Shown here in pieces: positions 1 through 12,386 of a DNA stretch of 64,000 bases (the stretch's first letter is position 1; every line of letters starts with the position of its first letter). This stretch comes from Prorocentrum cordatum. Taxonomy: Eukaryota. Position numbers and translations under genes: made by a program. The notes under the pieces were generated by a model, which saw only the letters and a program-made list of their open reading frames with translations, did not search any database and was not told where the DNA came from. The DNA lies in assembly GCA_963575745.1 (NCBI GenBank), contig CAUYUJ010000048.1:434001-498000 (forward strand), given 5' to 3'.

Positions 1-490
1 CAGTCCAGCGTAAAACGGGAGGGAGTCTCGGGCGGGAGCGCTGGTTTGTTTTGTCGGGAAGGCGGTTTTCGGCAGCGAGGAGGAGCACCGCCTTGAGTAA
101 AAAAGGGGGGGAGTCTCGAGCGGGAGCGTTGTTGTTGCTGGGGGCGGCGCCGATGGGAGAAAGAGTGGCACGCCAGTCCAGCGGCGAGCAGGAGCACCGG
201 CCCTGAGAAAAAAAGGAGGAAGTCTCGAGCTTGAGCTTTGTTGTTGTTTGGGTGCCGGTTTTGGCGCCCCCCCCAAACCACTCAAGCGTGAGCCCCACCA
301 ACTTTCAATGAAAATGTCGCCGGCGCCGTGGCGAGAGCGCCAGGGCACCTGGGGGGGGTCCAACAATGGCAACTGTTGAGTAGTTATCATTCAACAACAA
401 CAGCGCAACAAGCAAAATCCTGACCACGTGTCCCCACTAGAGCCACGCACCCAGGGACAATGAATGACCGTTCGGCCCCTTCACTCTGAC

Positions 491-527
<37 letters not shown>

Positions 528-2820
528 CAGAGGAGAGAGAAAACAAATACATCAAGAGGGCGAGAGAGAGAGGGAGGGAGAGAGTGCGATAGGGAACGAG
601 GCAGGACAGATACTCATGGGCGCACGGGTGATACAGTCGCACAGGTATCGATGGTCATAGACGCTAACAGATCGCGAAAGGGCGATGCACAGAGAGCCAG
701 CCAAGTATCGATGGAAACAGGGTTCAGCAGACACGTGTGTCGGGGGCGCTGGAAGTGCTTCTGAGCACGGCTCGGGCTCGTGCCTCACGGCAACGTGTGC
801 ACGTCTGCCTACGATGGAGAGTTCAGGAAGAAGCATGCCCACGCGGATGCGAGTGCGTATACATCCCGCATTTCTGGGATCAGGGCACGCGCATTTGCGC
901 AAGGAGGAGGAGGAGGAGGAGGAGAGGAGGAGGAGGAGGAGGAGGAGGAGGAGAGGAGGAGGAGGGGGAGGAGGAGGGGAGGAGGAAGAGGAGAAGGAGG
1001 AGGAGGGGGGAGGAGAGGCGGAGGAGGAGGAGGGGAGGAGGAGGAGGTGCCGTCTGCCGCGCCAGGGGCAGCCTCGGAACGCGCAGCGACCGCGAGGCGG
1101 CCTCTCTCTTGTGTCTGCCCTCTGTGCAGCGTCTGCCCCACCCGTGGTCCTCCTCCTCCTCCTCCTCCTCCTCCTCCTCCTCCTCCTCCTCCTCCTCCTC
1201 CTCCTCCTCCTCCCCGTCCTCCCCCTCCTCCCCCTCCTCCTCCTCGTCCCCCCCCCTCCTCCTCCTCGTCCTCCTCCTCCGCTTGCTCCTCCTCTTCCTC
1301 CTCCTCCCCGAGTGCATAAGCAAACTGCGCTTGGATCGGACGTGCCTTGGCGGTGCCTGAGCGGTCGATCACTGGCTCGGGCAGCCAGTCTGCATGGAGG
1401 GAGGGGGCCTCCGATGGTTCAGGAAGAACCAGTCTCTCGTCGGTGTGGAAGCTCTCCCGAAGCATGCGTTGGGCGGGCATCGTGTTCTTGGCCCCCCGGA
1501 CCTTTCGACCCCCTCCTCAGGGCAATGTTTTGTCATCCCAGCTTGCCTCTGACGGTCTTCAGGGCCCTCAGCGGATTGCCAGAGTAGGAAATCGAGGAAC
1601 AATTTGTGAGCGGTTCGCAGGCGCTCGATTTTCGGCGGGCCGTGCCAGAGTTTAGCAGAGACCATCTCGTCATCGTAGGTGTTCTCGGCGCCGTCGCCGC
1701 TGGCGCCGCAGTCGACATGGTCGTCGTCCTCGTCGCCGCCGCAGTCGTCCTCAGTCGTCGTCCTCAGTCGTCGTCCTCCGTCGTCGTCCCCCGTCGTCGT
1801 CGTCGTCGCCGTGGTCGTTGTCGTGGTCGTGCTCGTCGCCGCCCTCGTCGTCGCCCTCGTCGCCCCCCGACGGGCCGCGCAGGGTTCCCGGCGCCACGGC
1901 GGCGACGGTGGCGCCCGCGACAGGCCCATCCGCTGCCCCGCTCCGCTCGGGCCGGACGAAAGGGCGGGGGGATTGGGAAAGGGGGGGGTTCGAAATCTGC
2001 TGCATGCAGCTGGTTTCGGCCCCGCCGCCGGGCCCACTCCTCGATACATGGGCGCCTCCCGGCGCCGGGAGGCGCCAGGAAAATCAGCTATACGTGGGCT
2101 GATTCTCAAACCCCCCTGCTACATCCCTCCCTTTCGCCCGGCCCGCTCCGCCGCCCCGCTGCGCCTCCTCGGGCGGCGTTTTCTCGGCCGTCGGCGTCGC
2201 CACCGTCCGCTGCCGGCGGCGTCTCGCGTCGTCGTCGGCGCAGGGCGGTGGCGATGGCCGTCGGCCGCCGGCGGGCCCCTGCTGGCCTGAAGCCGGGCCT
2301 GTCTTTCCAGGAGGGAATAAAAAACATACAGACACAATTAATCGTTGATTCCCCAGGAAATATGCGAAAATGTGGGAAGTGGGGGGGAAGACAGAAGCCC
2401 AGAAAGTATGGGAAAATATGGGGAATCTTTTTATTTGTGTGTATTTATTTGTGTGTCCTGGGGCCCCTTTACTTTTTACAAGAGGAATATCCATTTAGAC
2501 ACCTGGAATGGGTACGTGAAGAATGGGCACAATGCCCAACAGCAAATGTCGTCCCAAACCAACAGCGGCCGCTGTTGGGCAGGCGGCCTTCTGTCTCGAA
2601 TGGGCACAGGCCGCGGCGGCGCGGACAGCGAGTCCTGTTCAGAATGAACAGGAACTGCTGTTGGGCATTGTACCCATTCTTCCCGTACCCATTTCGGGCG
2701 TCCAGAATCCATGAATATTTCAAAAGTAATCAGGGGACGATTTTCTTGCATTTTTGCGATCATTGTTGCGTAGGTTTCGAGTATTTTCCCACTCAGTGCC
2801 TGCAATGAAGGGGTCTCGTC

Positions 2821-3189
2821 TTAAGTCGGGCCTGTCCCTCTACAGGAGGGTAAAGCCAGGACCCCAGGTAAGGGGACCCGGTCAGTGGTAGGGCCCCGGG
2901 GCCCTTAACTTGGCCAGAATCACTCAACCAGGTCTGCCGTAGTTGGTGTTTTTTTGTGTGACGGCAGTTCCGGTCAGTGGAACGGGGCGGTGGGGCGTCC
3001 CCCAGTACACATCACTAAACCAGGTCCCACTAAACCCAGTTCTGCCAACGCCCGAGAGGAATGTTCAAAAATAGTTCAAAAATAGTCAGGGGACGATGTT
3101 TCTAGTATTTGTCGGTCATCTGTGTGTATGTGTTGAACATTTGTATTCTTCGTCCGAAATCCGCCTGCAGGGGGACATGCCCGACCTAA
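2821..3189. mobile_element. MITE family A, copy 1, interrupted by a ~200-bp repeat
   Basis: Left end TTAAGTCGGGCCTGTCCCTCTACAGG and right end CCTGCAGGGGGACATGCCCGACCTAA are inverted repeats. The interior 2856-3056 matches 18901-19100. Confidence 0.8.
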
Positions 3190-3688
3190 TGCTGGCCCCA
3201 GTCTTCTCCCACCGTCTTCGTCACGGAAGGTGCTCCCTGAGGTACTCGCGACTGCAGTTTTCCGAGCCGGGCGTCTTCGCTCCGTTGCGGGCCCCGGGGC
3301 CCTCACAGATCGAGCGGGCTCAAACAGCGACGCAGAAAGAGGGTGTCCGTGGGTCTGGTCGTGTTTTTTGTTTTTTTGCGATGTTGCCTTTTTTTGGCAA
3401 CGTCGGATCTAGGGGATGTGATCCCCGTCCCTTTTCCTACGCCAGGGCGGTGCATTGGCGGGCTCTTGTTCCCTCCTGCTTTGCACCCCCCTCCAGTCCC
3501 CATACCCCTGCTCCTCGTGTTCCCTCATCCTGTTACTCCTCACACGGCCTCCCAGTTACAACACACTTCCTTTCTTTACCCACGTTCCCCGCTCCGCATC
3601 CCCTCACCCTGCACATCCGTACTTCCTATGATGTCGGTTCGCCACCATGACCCCCTTCACGACCCACCGAGCAGACGAGACCGAAGAG

Positions 3689-3710
3689 CCCGTGGCCATT
3701 TTGGCTCGAG
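3689..3710 (+). other. Relic dinoflagellate spliced leader (DinoSL)
   Basis: CCCGTGGCCATTTTGGCTCGAG versus DinoSL DCCGTAGCCATTTTGGCTCAAG: 19/21 identical after the first base, about 100 nt upstream of the transaldolase ATG. Confidence 0.85.
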
Positions 3711-3808
3711 TGCCACGCTGGGTCGAGACCAGGGGCGCGGCCCCTGCGAGGCGCACCAGGCTCGGCCACGCATCGCGCGGGCAGGCTCGCCCGCCGCCCT
3801 CGGGGGCG

Positions 3809-6295
3809 ATGCCGGCGCGGGGCCGCGAGCGCTGCAGGGCCAGCGGCGCCGGCCGCGGCGCGTGCGCTGCCCTGCTGGCCGCCGCGGCGCTGGCCGCGCG
3901 AGGCCCGCTGTTCGCGGGGCTGGCCGCCCAGGGCGCCGCGGGGCCCTGCACAGGCGCCCGCGCGGCGGAACCGCTGTCCGGGCTGCGAACCGCGCTGCGG
4001 GCCGCCGCCGCGGACAGCCGCCTGGCCCAGCTGGCTGGCATGACCGTGTTGTCCATCGACACGGGCGACCTGGGCGTCATCCGGGAGTTCGCGGACACAG
4101 GCCTGATCTCGGATGCCACGACGAACCCATTGTTCGTCAGTCAAGCGGGGCTCAGCGGGGACGCCACGTACGTAGCCTTCGTGGACGACGCCGTGGCCTA
4201 CGCCAGGCAAAACGCGCAGGGGGACGCGGAGGTCGTGGGCCTGGCAATCGACAAGCTGGCTGTGAACTTGGGTGTGGAGATCTCCAAGTTGGTGCCTGGC
4301 TACGTATCCACGGAGGTCGACCCACGGCTCAGCTTCGACAAGGAGGAGACCCTCCGGCGCGCTCGCCGGATCATCGCGCTGTACGAGGAAGCCGGCGTGC
4401 CCCGCAGCCGTGTCCTCATCAAGTTGGCCGCGACTTGGGAGGGCATCCAGGCTATGGCGGAGTTGGAGAAGGAGGGCATCACCTGCAACATAACGCTCAT
4501 CTTTGGTTTCGTGCAGGCCGTTGCCTCCGCTCAGTACGGCGCCCGTCTCATCTCGCCATTCCCTGGCCGGATCCTCGATTTCAGCAAGGGCGAGGAGGGC
4601 AAGGACACCTGGGAGCCGCTGGAGGACCCAGGGGTCGTGGCGGTGCGACGCATGTACGAGTATTGCTAAGGCCTTACGGCCAGTGCCGCCGACCCTGGAT
4701 ACCTCGGCCCTCGAGGGTGACGGGATGCGTGATAAGGTGTCGGAGGTAAATGAAGACGTGGCGGAGGAGGAGGTGGAGGAGGAGCAGGAGGAGGAGGAGG
4801 AGGCAGGGGAGGAGGAGGAGGGAGGAGGAGGAGGAGGAGGAGGAGGAGGAGGAGGAGGAGAAGGAGGAGGAGGAGGAGGAGAAGAGGAGAGGAGGAGAAA
4901 GAGGAGGAGGGGGAGGAGGAGGAGGAGAAGGAGGAGGAGGAGGAGGAGGAGGAGGAGAGGAGGAGGGAGGAGGGGGAGGGGAGGGGAGGGGGAGGAGGAG
5001 GAGGAGGAGGAGGAGGAGGAGGAGGAGGAGGAGGAGGGGAGGAGGAGGAGCAGGAGGAGCAGGAGGAGGAAGAGGAGGAGGAGGAGGAGGAGCAGGAGGA
5101 GAAGGAGGAGGAAGAGGAGGAGGAAGAAGAAGAATAATAAGAAGACGAGGAGGAGGAGGAGGCGGAGAGGAGGAGGAGGCGGAGGAGGAGGGGGAGGGGG
5201 AGGAGGAGGGGAGAGGAGGAGGAGGAGGGAGAGGAGGAGGAGGAGGAGGAGGAGGGGAGGAGGAGGAGGAGGAGGCGGAGGAGGAGGAGAGGAGAGGAGG
5301 AGGAGAGGAGGAGGAGGAGAGGAGAGAGGAGGAGGAGGAGGAGGAGGAGGAGGAGGAGGAGAGGAGGAGGAGGAGGAGGAGGAGGAGGAGGAGGAGGAGG
5401 AGGAGGAGGAGGAGGAGGAGGAGGAGGAGGAGGAGGAGAGAGGAGGAGGAGGAGGAGGAGGAGGAGGAGGAGGAGGAGGAGGAGGAGAGGAGGAGGAGAG
5501 AGGAGGAGGAGGAGGAGGAGGAGGAGGAGAGGAGGAGGAGGAGGGAGGAGGAGGAGAGAGGAGGAGGAGGAGGGGGAGGGGGAGGAGGAGGAGGGGAGAG
5601 GAGGAGGGGAGGAGGAGGAGGAGGAGGAGGAGGAGGACGAGGACGAGACGAGGAGGAGGAGGAGAAGGAGGAGGAGGAGGAGGAGAGGAGGAGGAGGGGG
5701 AGGGGGAGGGGGAGAGGGAGGGAGAGGGTCGCCCGGGGGTTGCGTATCTGCCCCCCCCGCCGGTGGGGAGGGCAGGGAAGGGCTTCGCCACGACTACGAT
5801 TTCCTCCTGTTTCGTGTTTGATTTCCTTTTATTTCGGGCGACGACGTTGACGACGACGACGACGATGGTGACCCACCCAAGACGACGACACTGGGATGCG
5901 TCTTCCACACGCCGATAGGGTCGGTGGATTTTAAAAAGCACGGCCACGACACCATTTGCATGCCTGCCAGCTGGCGGCCTTCGCGGGGCGCGGGGTACGA
6001 TACGGACGAGATCGAGGCCCTGGCAGGGGTGGACAGGATGACGATCCCACCCGCACTGCTGCAGAAGCTGGCGGAGGGCTCGGGCGAGCTGCCGCGGCGG
6101 CTGGAGACGGCGGCGGCGGCCGCCGCGTGCGCTGACGGGGAGCTGTGCGGCGGCAGGATGTCGGAATCACAGTTCCGCCTGCTGCTGAACGAGGACGCTT
6201 GCGCCACCGCGAAGACTGCCGAGGGCTTGCGCGCATTTATCAAGGACACCGACAAGCTCGAGGCTGCTATCCGCGAGAAGTTGGGCCTGCATTGA
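3809..6295 (+). CDS. TAL: Transaldolase, probably plastid-targeted. Two exons, about 3809-4664 and about 5930-6295 (exact junction uncertain).
   Basis: Translation shows transaldolase motifs IDTGD, DATTNP, VSTEVDPRLSFD, LIKLAATWEG (catalytic Lys), CNITLIF and ISPFPGRI in exon 1. Exon 2 continues FKKHGHDTICMPASWR...LAGVDRMTIPPALL...EDACATAKTAEGLRAF. An N-terminal hydrophobic stretch (ACAALLAAAALAA) is followed by LFAG and an Ala/Arg-rich segment. ATG 3809 is the first in-frame ATG after the SL relic. Confidence 0.93.
4765..5725. repeat. (GGA)n microsatellite inside the transaldolase intron
   Basis: About 960 bp of near-pure GGA/GAG repeats. Similar tracts lie at about 900-1310, 7880-8160, 27270-27900, 58860-59085, 60215-60355 and 61720-61930. 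Confidence 0.97.
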
Positions 6296-8414
6296 GCGCG
6301 GGAGGGAACGACTCGAACATGTGTCGTTTGACCGCCTGCGGTGCCGCCGGCCTTTTTGGAGTCGTGGGGTTTGGGGGGACGGCAGCTCGTGAAAGCAAAA
6401 AGTAGACGAGATCGAAGAGAATCATTGTAGCGAAGATACAATGCCTTCGCGGCAGTCGTCTTCAGCCTCTTCACCCGTCTCAACCTCCCCACTGACCGTT
6501 TTTTTTGTTATCGGGTTGCCTAACATTTGTTGGTGTATGCGTCTCATCCGGAGCCGTATTTGACCAGAACTGGGTATAGCGACACGCTTACCGAATGCTA
6601 CTCCTCCCCCCCAGACGCAGAGTTGGCACGCGCGGAGGAGACTGTGGTCGAAGTGCAACTCATCAGACCCACCGCCAACTCTGAACATTGGGAGGAGGGG
6701 GAGGCGTTGACAGATGAATGTGGCATGAATGATCGCTAGTTGTTCGAGGCCTGTAGGTAGAATGTGTATAATTCAGAACCGTGTCTAAATTTGATCCAAA
6801 CGCCGTGGCCACCACGTTCCAAAAATTCATGTAGCGTCTGGGTCACAATCGTTCCATCGTGTTGTGCCTCAATGAAGACGTTGGCTGTCATACTTTGACG
6901 CGGAAGCGTTACAGGACCTGCCACGTGGGAGTGCCAATTATGTAGAGACATTCTCTTGTCTCTCGAGGCAGGAGGTCCACTTATTGACCCCGTATCGAGG
7001 AGCGGTGACAAGGCACACGTCTTAAAAACTCGAACTAAGGTCGGCGCCGGCGCCGAATGCTCGCGCGTGCTGATGATCATTCAGAGGAAGGATGATGGGA
7101 CTATGGGGTGGATTAATGGGACGGGGAGGAGGGTAGGCAGAACGGGTGGGGAGATGGTGCGGAAGGACTGATGGAAGATCGGGAGAGGGTAAGAAGGGTT
7201 GAGGGTTGATTGTGATGATGATGCGGCAGATGGGAAGGAGGAGGGGGAGGAGGAGGAGGAGGAGGCGGAGGAGTGGAACGAGGAGTGGTGGGCCAGGAAG
7301 AACAGGGAGGAGGAGGGGGAAGAGGAGGGGGCAGATGCGATGGGAGAGGAGACGGGACACGGAAGAGCGAGGAGCAGTAGGGAGGACAGGGGCGCGGAGG
7401 AGAGCGAGGGTGGAGGGGGGAGCAGGGGGATGAGGCGAAGGAGGGGGATAATCAGCGAGAGGGATGTGGAAGAGGAGGAGGAGGAGGAGGAGGAGGAGGA
7501 GGAGGAGGGCGAGGAAGGAGGGCGAGGAATGAGGAGGAGGAGGCGGAGGAGGATAGCTTCACTTGCACGAGGGCGTTGGGCAGTCATGCCCCTCGGCTGC
7601 TCTGGCTCTCATGGGCTGCGGCATCGCATACTCCGGTTCTTTGCGGGCCCCGCCTGCGTATCCGACGAGATCCGGGGCCAGGTGGAGGCTGCTTCGCTGT
7701 CCTTCGTGGGGCTCTCGGCCCTGCTGGTGTGGCTCCCCGCGGCCTTCGTGCTGGTCATTCTCGCCAGGGTCGCTCTCGATGTCTGCTGCCTCAGGTGACG
7801 CACCATCTCTTGCCTGGCGGCCGCATGCGGCCGCCACTGACGTCGCAGGCGGTGCGCCCCCACGGCGCGGCTGAGAGAGAGGAGGAGGAGGAGGAGGAGG
7901 AGGAGGAGGAGGAGGAGGGAGGAGGAGGAGGAGGAGGAGGAGGAGGAGGAGGAGGAGGAGGAGGAGGAGGAGGAGGAGGAGGAGGAGGAGGAGGGAGGAG
8001 GAGGAGGAGGGAGGAGGAGGATCGAGGAGCGGGAGGGAGGGGGATAAGAAGAGGAGGAGGAGGAGGAGGAAGCAGGAGGAGGAGGAGGAGGAGGATCGAG
8101 GAGCGGGATAGGAGGGAGGGGGATAAGAAGAGGAGGAGGAGGAGGAGGAGGAGGAGGAGGAGATGCGAGGGGGATGGGAGATGGATGGGAAGAGGGCGCT
8201 GCAGACCTCCAGCGCCAGGAGGAAGACTCGGCGCGCGTCGGTGCGGCCCGCCTCTGGCCGGAGGCTGGCCTCGTGCTGTTGGGCCCACGCAGGCCGAGCC
8301 GATCAGTGCGCAGTGTGCGGCGGGTGCGTGCCGCCTCGTCGCTGCGGCGGCGCGCGGGCGGGCGCTCAGGGTCGATGCCGGCCGAAGTCCTTCGAGTTCG
8401 AGGGAACATATCCA

Positions 8415-8418
8415 CACA

Positions 8419-8515
<97 letters not shown>
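8415..8515. repeat. (CA)n microsatellite
   Basis: Direct reading. Confidence 0.97.
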
Positions 8516-8517
<2 letters not shown>

Positions 8518-9429
8518 TAGTAGTGAACGAGCGCGTGCTGTGGTCCCTTGCGTGGGTCGTTAGGGGGGGTCAGGGGGCCCCCCTTTTCAACCACCCCACT
8601 CGGAGTGGAGGGGAGGTGGGGGTGCGAGCTCCCGACCGTATCCCCTCATACACATGTCCGCCACTGCGCTGTCCATCTAACAGGCAGGGGTGACCGATGC
8701 TAAGCATCACCGTTCTTCCCCTCGCCCCCCTCCATCCAAAATGACCCGCCCGGCTTTATTCTCCCTGTTGTGTCTACTGCTCACCTGAGAATCATGATGT
8801 GTTGGCGATGGTACAAGTGTCAGAGCTCGGCGGTACAACGATCGGACCTTCAGGGATGGCGCCAGCCTGGGATCCCTCTCTATCCCATCCTTAGGGCTCC
8901 ATCCCTCAAGACCCCCTCTTCGAACCGCCGCAGGGCGCGGGGGTGGGACCAGACAGGCAGTGACGCTGCGTTTGGAACACTCCACTTCCGCATCTCGCCT
9001 TTCCGCGCGGAGCCAGGTCCCAACGGCGACGGCCCGCGTCTTCTGCTGCCGCGCCCGGCGACGTCAAGGCCCCTTTTGCCTGTGGTGGGGTAAGCGCACG
9101 CTGCTGGATGTGGTCGGTGACAACTTGCTGGGTCTTACTTGCCCTGGTACGCCCGTGTTGAAGCGCAGCACGTGCCGTGTTTGAGACGTCCGGGTTGAAC
9201 ACGCTGCGTGCTGGCTCGGCCCGTACGGGCCCACGCTTTGGCAGACATATGGCGCCACACTTGTCGTCATTGCAATATGCGTAATAGAAGCCCGCAGTCG
9301 CGGATAAGAGTGAGGGTGGCGGCGGGACCGCCTGCAATCTGCGAGACTCTGAAGAAGCCCGCCGCAGGCGCTTGATGTTTACAAATCATACAACGAGCCC
9401 GCCGCAGGCGCCGATTTTCGTTCAAGCAA

Positions 9430-9690
9430 TGTGGGTGGGTCGCAGGGTGGGTCGCGGCTGGGTCGCGGGCGGGTCGCAGGGTGGGTCGCGGGTAGGTCGC
9501 GGGCCGAGTCGCGGGTGTATCGCGGGTGAGTCGCGGGTGGGTCGCGGGCGGGTCGCGGGCGGGTCGTGAGGTGGGTCGCGGGGTGGGTTGCGGGTGGGTC
9601 GCGGGTGGGTCGCGGGTGGGTCGCGGGTGGGTCGCGGGGTGGGTCGCGGGGTGGATCGCGGGTGGGTAGCGGGCTAGGTCGCGGTGGGGA
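9430..9690. repeat. Minisatellite, ~11-bp unit GGGTCGCGGGT, followed by (CAA/CAG)n
   Basis: Direct reading. Confidence 0.9.
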
Positions 9691-11226
9691 CGACGCCAAA
9701 CAACAAACAGCAAATCAACAACAACAACGACAACAGCAACAGCAACAGCAACAGCAGCAGCAGCAGCAACAGCAACAGCAGCAACAACAACAACAACAAC
9801 ATTAATAACAACACTGCGCATCGCGGAATCCCACTTCAGCCTCGCACCCAGGGGCAGTGAATCACCGTTCGGCCCCCCTCACTCTGATACGGGTTGAGCT
9901 CTATGTCGACGCGCTACGGGTTGCGTGTTGTGTATCGGGGTAGGTAAGCAGGTAAGGTTTGGATGCGTTTGGGGGGATCGATGTTCGCATACAGTTCGAG
10001 ACTTTCTAGGTGCTTCCCGTCCTCTGCCAAACGTTTTCGCATATTCTCAGTCGATCCGTGCTTTTTCATCCCTGGACAGCGCATCTCTACATCTAGCAGC
10101 GAGACAACAGGGAAACGCACAGATGTACACAGAGAGAGAGAGAGAGATACAGCGAGCGCGAGGGAGGAATAGAGAGAGAGAGAGAGAGGCACCGAGAGAG
10201 GGGGAAAAAAGAGAGCGAGAGAGAACGATCTATTTCGAGAGAGAGAGGGGGGAGAGAGGGAACAATCAAATGCTCGAGCAGCGCTCGAACCAAAAATCTG
10301 ACCTGCTCGACCGCGCGGGCACCTCGCGCGGGCGCTGCCCGTGTAAGAAGGCCGAGCCCGCGCACGCGCTCTTCGTGCTCGGGCCCTCCGCCCTGGAAGA
10401 CTCCGGGCTACGGCCAGGGGACCCCAGGGAAGGGGAGCCGGTCAGCGATGGGGCCCCGAAGCCCAACATACGGGCTGGAATCGCTAAACTAGGATACAGT
10501 CGAGGCGCTGAAGAAGGAACCCTTTTCGTTGGGGAGGGGCTCGGTGTTCCTTAATTGTTTCGCAGCTTGCCTCAGATTTTCCTCAGGTTTTCGATACGAA
10601 ATCGAAGTTCAACTTATGGAAAATAGGGGCCTCGTTCCTTATTTAGGGTTCCTTGGGTCAATGCCCCGACTGTACAGCCAGGACCCCAGTGAAGGGGAGC
10701 CGGTCAGTGATTGGGCCCCGAAGTCCAACATATGGGCTGGAATCGCTAAACTAGGATAGTTTCTGTTGCATCTTCGGGGGGCCTCGCCTGTCCCAAAAAT
10801 GGGTGTCTTTTTGGGGGCCCGACGCGTGCTCGATGCGGACTCGACGCGGATTTGGCGGGGATTCGACGCGGATTCGACTCGGATTCGACACGGATCCGAC
10901 GCGTCCGACATGGATTCGACACGGATTCGACGCGGACAGGACCGCGACGGGACAGACAAGGTCCCCCGAGGATGCAACGTAAGATAGTGATTGGTTAGTG
11001 ATTGGGCCCAAAAGATGGTTAGTGATTGGTTGGTGATGGGGCCCCGAAGGCCAACAACATGTGGGCTGGAAGCGCTGAACTATAGGTCTGCCGTAGCGGG
11101 GCTTTTTCTGGGTGCTGGCGGTTCCGGTTATGAGTGGGACAGGGCGGGGGTGCGCCCCCCCGGTGCACAGCACGGAGCCAGGTCCCGCCAGGCCCAGTCC
11201 TGCCAGCCTCGAACTTATCCCTATCC

Positions 11227-11417
11227 TTAAGTCGGGCGTGTCCCCCTACAGGGGGGCTTTCGACGAAAAATTGAAAATAACCCAGCAATTCCTCCAAAAA
11301 GGTCAGACATACCCAAAAAATAGTCCCTAGACTATTTTTGGATTGTTTTTTGATTAATGTGTGGCTATTTTTGATTTTTCGTCAAAAATCCCCCTGTAGG
11401 GGGACAGGCCAGACTTA
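11227..11417. mobile_element. MITE family A, copy 2
   Basis: TTAAGTCGGGCGTGTCCCCCTACAGG ... CCTGTAGGGGGACAGGCCAGACTTA, with an AT-rich interior. Confidence 0.8.
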
Positions 11418-12193
11418 CCCCTATGCCTAAGACTGGCACGCCAAAGAGCGATGATAATCTCAGGGATGCGCCCTCAAAAAAAGAAGGGAACCCCTAAGAC
11501 TGGCACCATGACGAGGAGATGCCCACGGCATAGGGACAAGGATCTGTTCCAGGCTGGTACGAGTCCTGCCCACGCCCGAGCACTGTTCGACCGCGCGGGC
11601 ATCTCGCGCGGGCGCTTCCCGTGTTGTAAGGTCGAGCCCGCGCGCCCTTCGTGCTCGGGCCCTCCGCCCTGGAAGACTCCGGGCTACGGCCAGTGGACCC
11701 CAGGGAAGGAGAGCCGGTCAGCGATGGGGCCCCGAATTCCAAAATATGGACTGGAATCGCTAAACTAAGATAGTGACTGGTTACTCCAGATTTCGTAAGA
11801 AAGGGAGGGGGGTCTCATTTCGGGGGGGGGTCTCTTCCAGGCTATCTTGGAGGGCCTGGGGGGTCTGGGGACGATGTTTTGGAGGGTTCTCCCACAGGGG
11901 AGGCCTGAAATGGCTTGTCTTGGAGGGTCCAGACCCCCTCCCTTTTATTACGAAATCTGGAGTAGTGATTGGGCCCAAAAGATGGTTAGTGATTGGTTGG
12001 TGATGGGGCCCCGAAGGCCAACAACATGTGGGCTGGAAGCGCTGAACTATAGGTCTGCCGTAGCGGGGCTTTTTCTGGGTGCCGGTGGTTCCGGTTATGA
12101 GTGGGACGGGACGGGGGTGCGCCCCCCCGGTGCACAGCACGGAGCCAGGTCCCGCCAGGCCCAGTCCTGCCAGCCTCAAACTTATCCCTATCC

Positions 12194-12386
12194 TGAAGTC
12201 GGGCGTGTCCCCCTACAGGGGGGCTTTCGACGAAAAATTGAAAATACCCCAGCAATTCCCCCAAAAAGGTCAGACATACCCAAAAAATAGTCCCCAGACT
12301 ATTTTTGTATTATTTTTTGATTTTTCTTTGGGGGAATTTATAATTTTTCGTCAAAAATCCCCCTGTAGGGGGACAGGCCAGACTTA
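12194..12386. mobile_element. MITE family A, copy 3 (within a local duplication)
   Basis: Nearly identical to 11227-11417. Confidence 0.8.

Noticed and set aside
3647..3808. Upstream ATG for transaldolase
   Set aside because: It lies 5' of the SL relic, so it is unlikely to be part of the original mRNA.
3626..5947. 773-aa and other long ORFs over (GGA)n tracts
   Set aside because: Stop-free microsatellite plus the antisense of transaldolase, giving homopolymeric translations.
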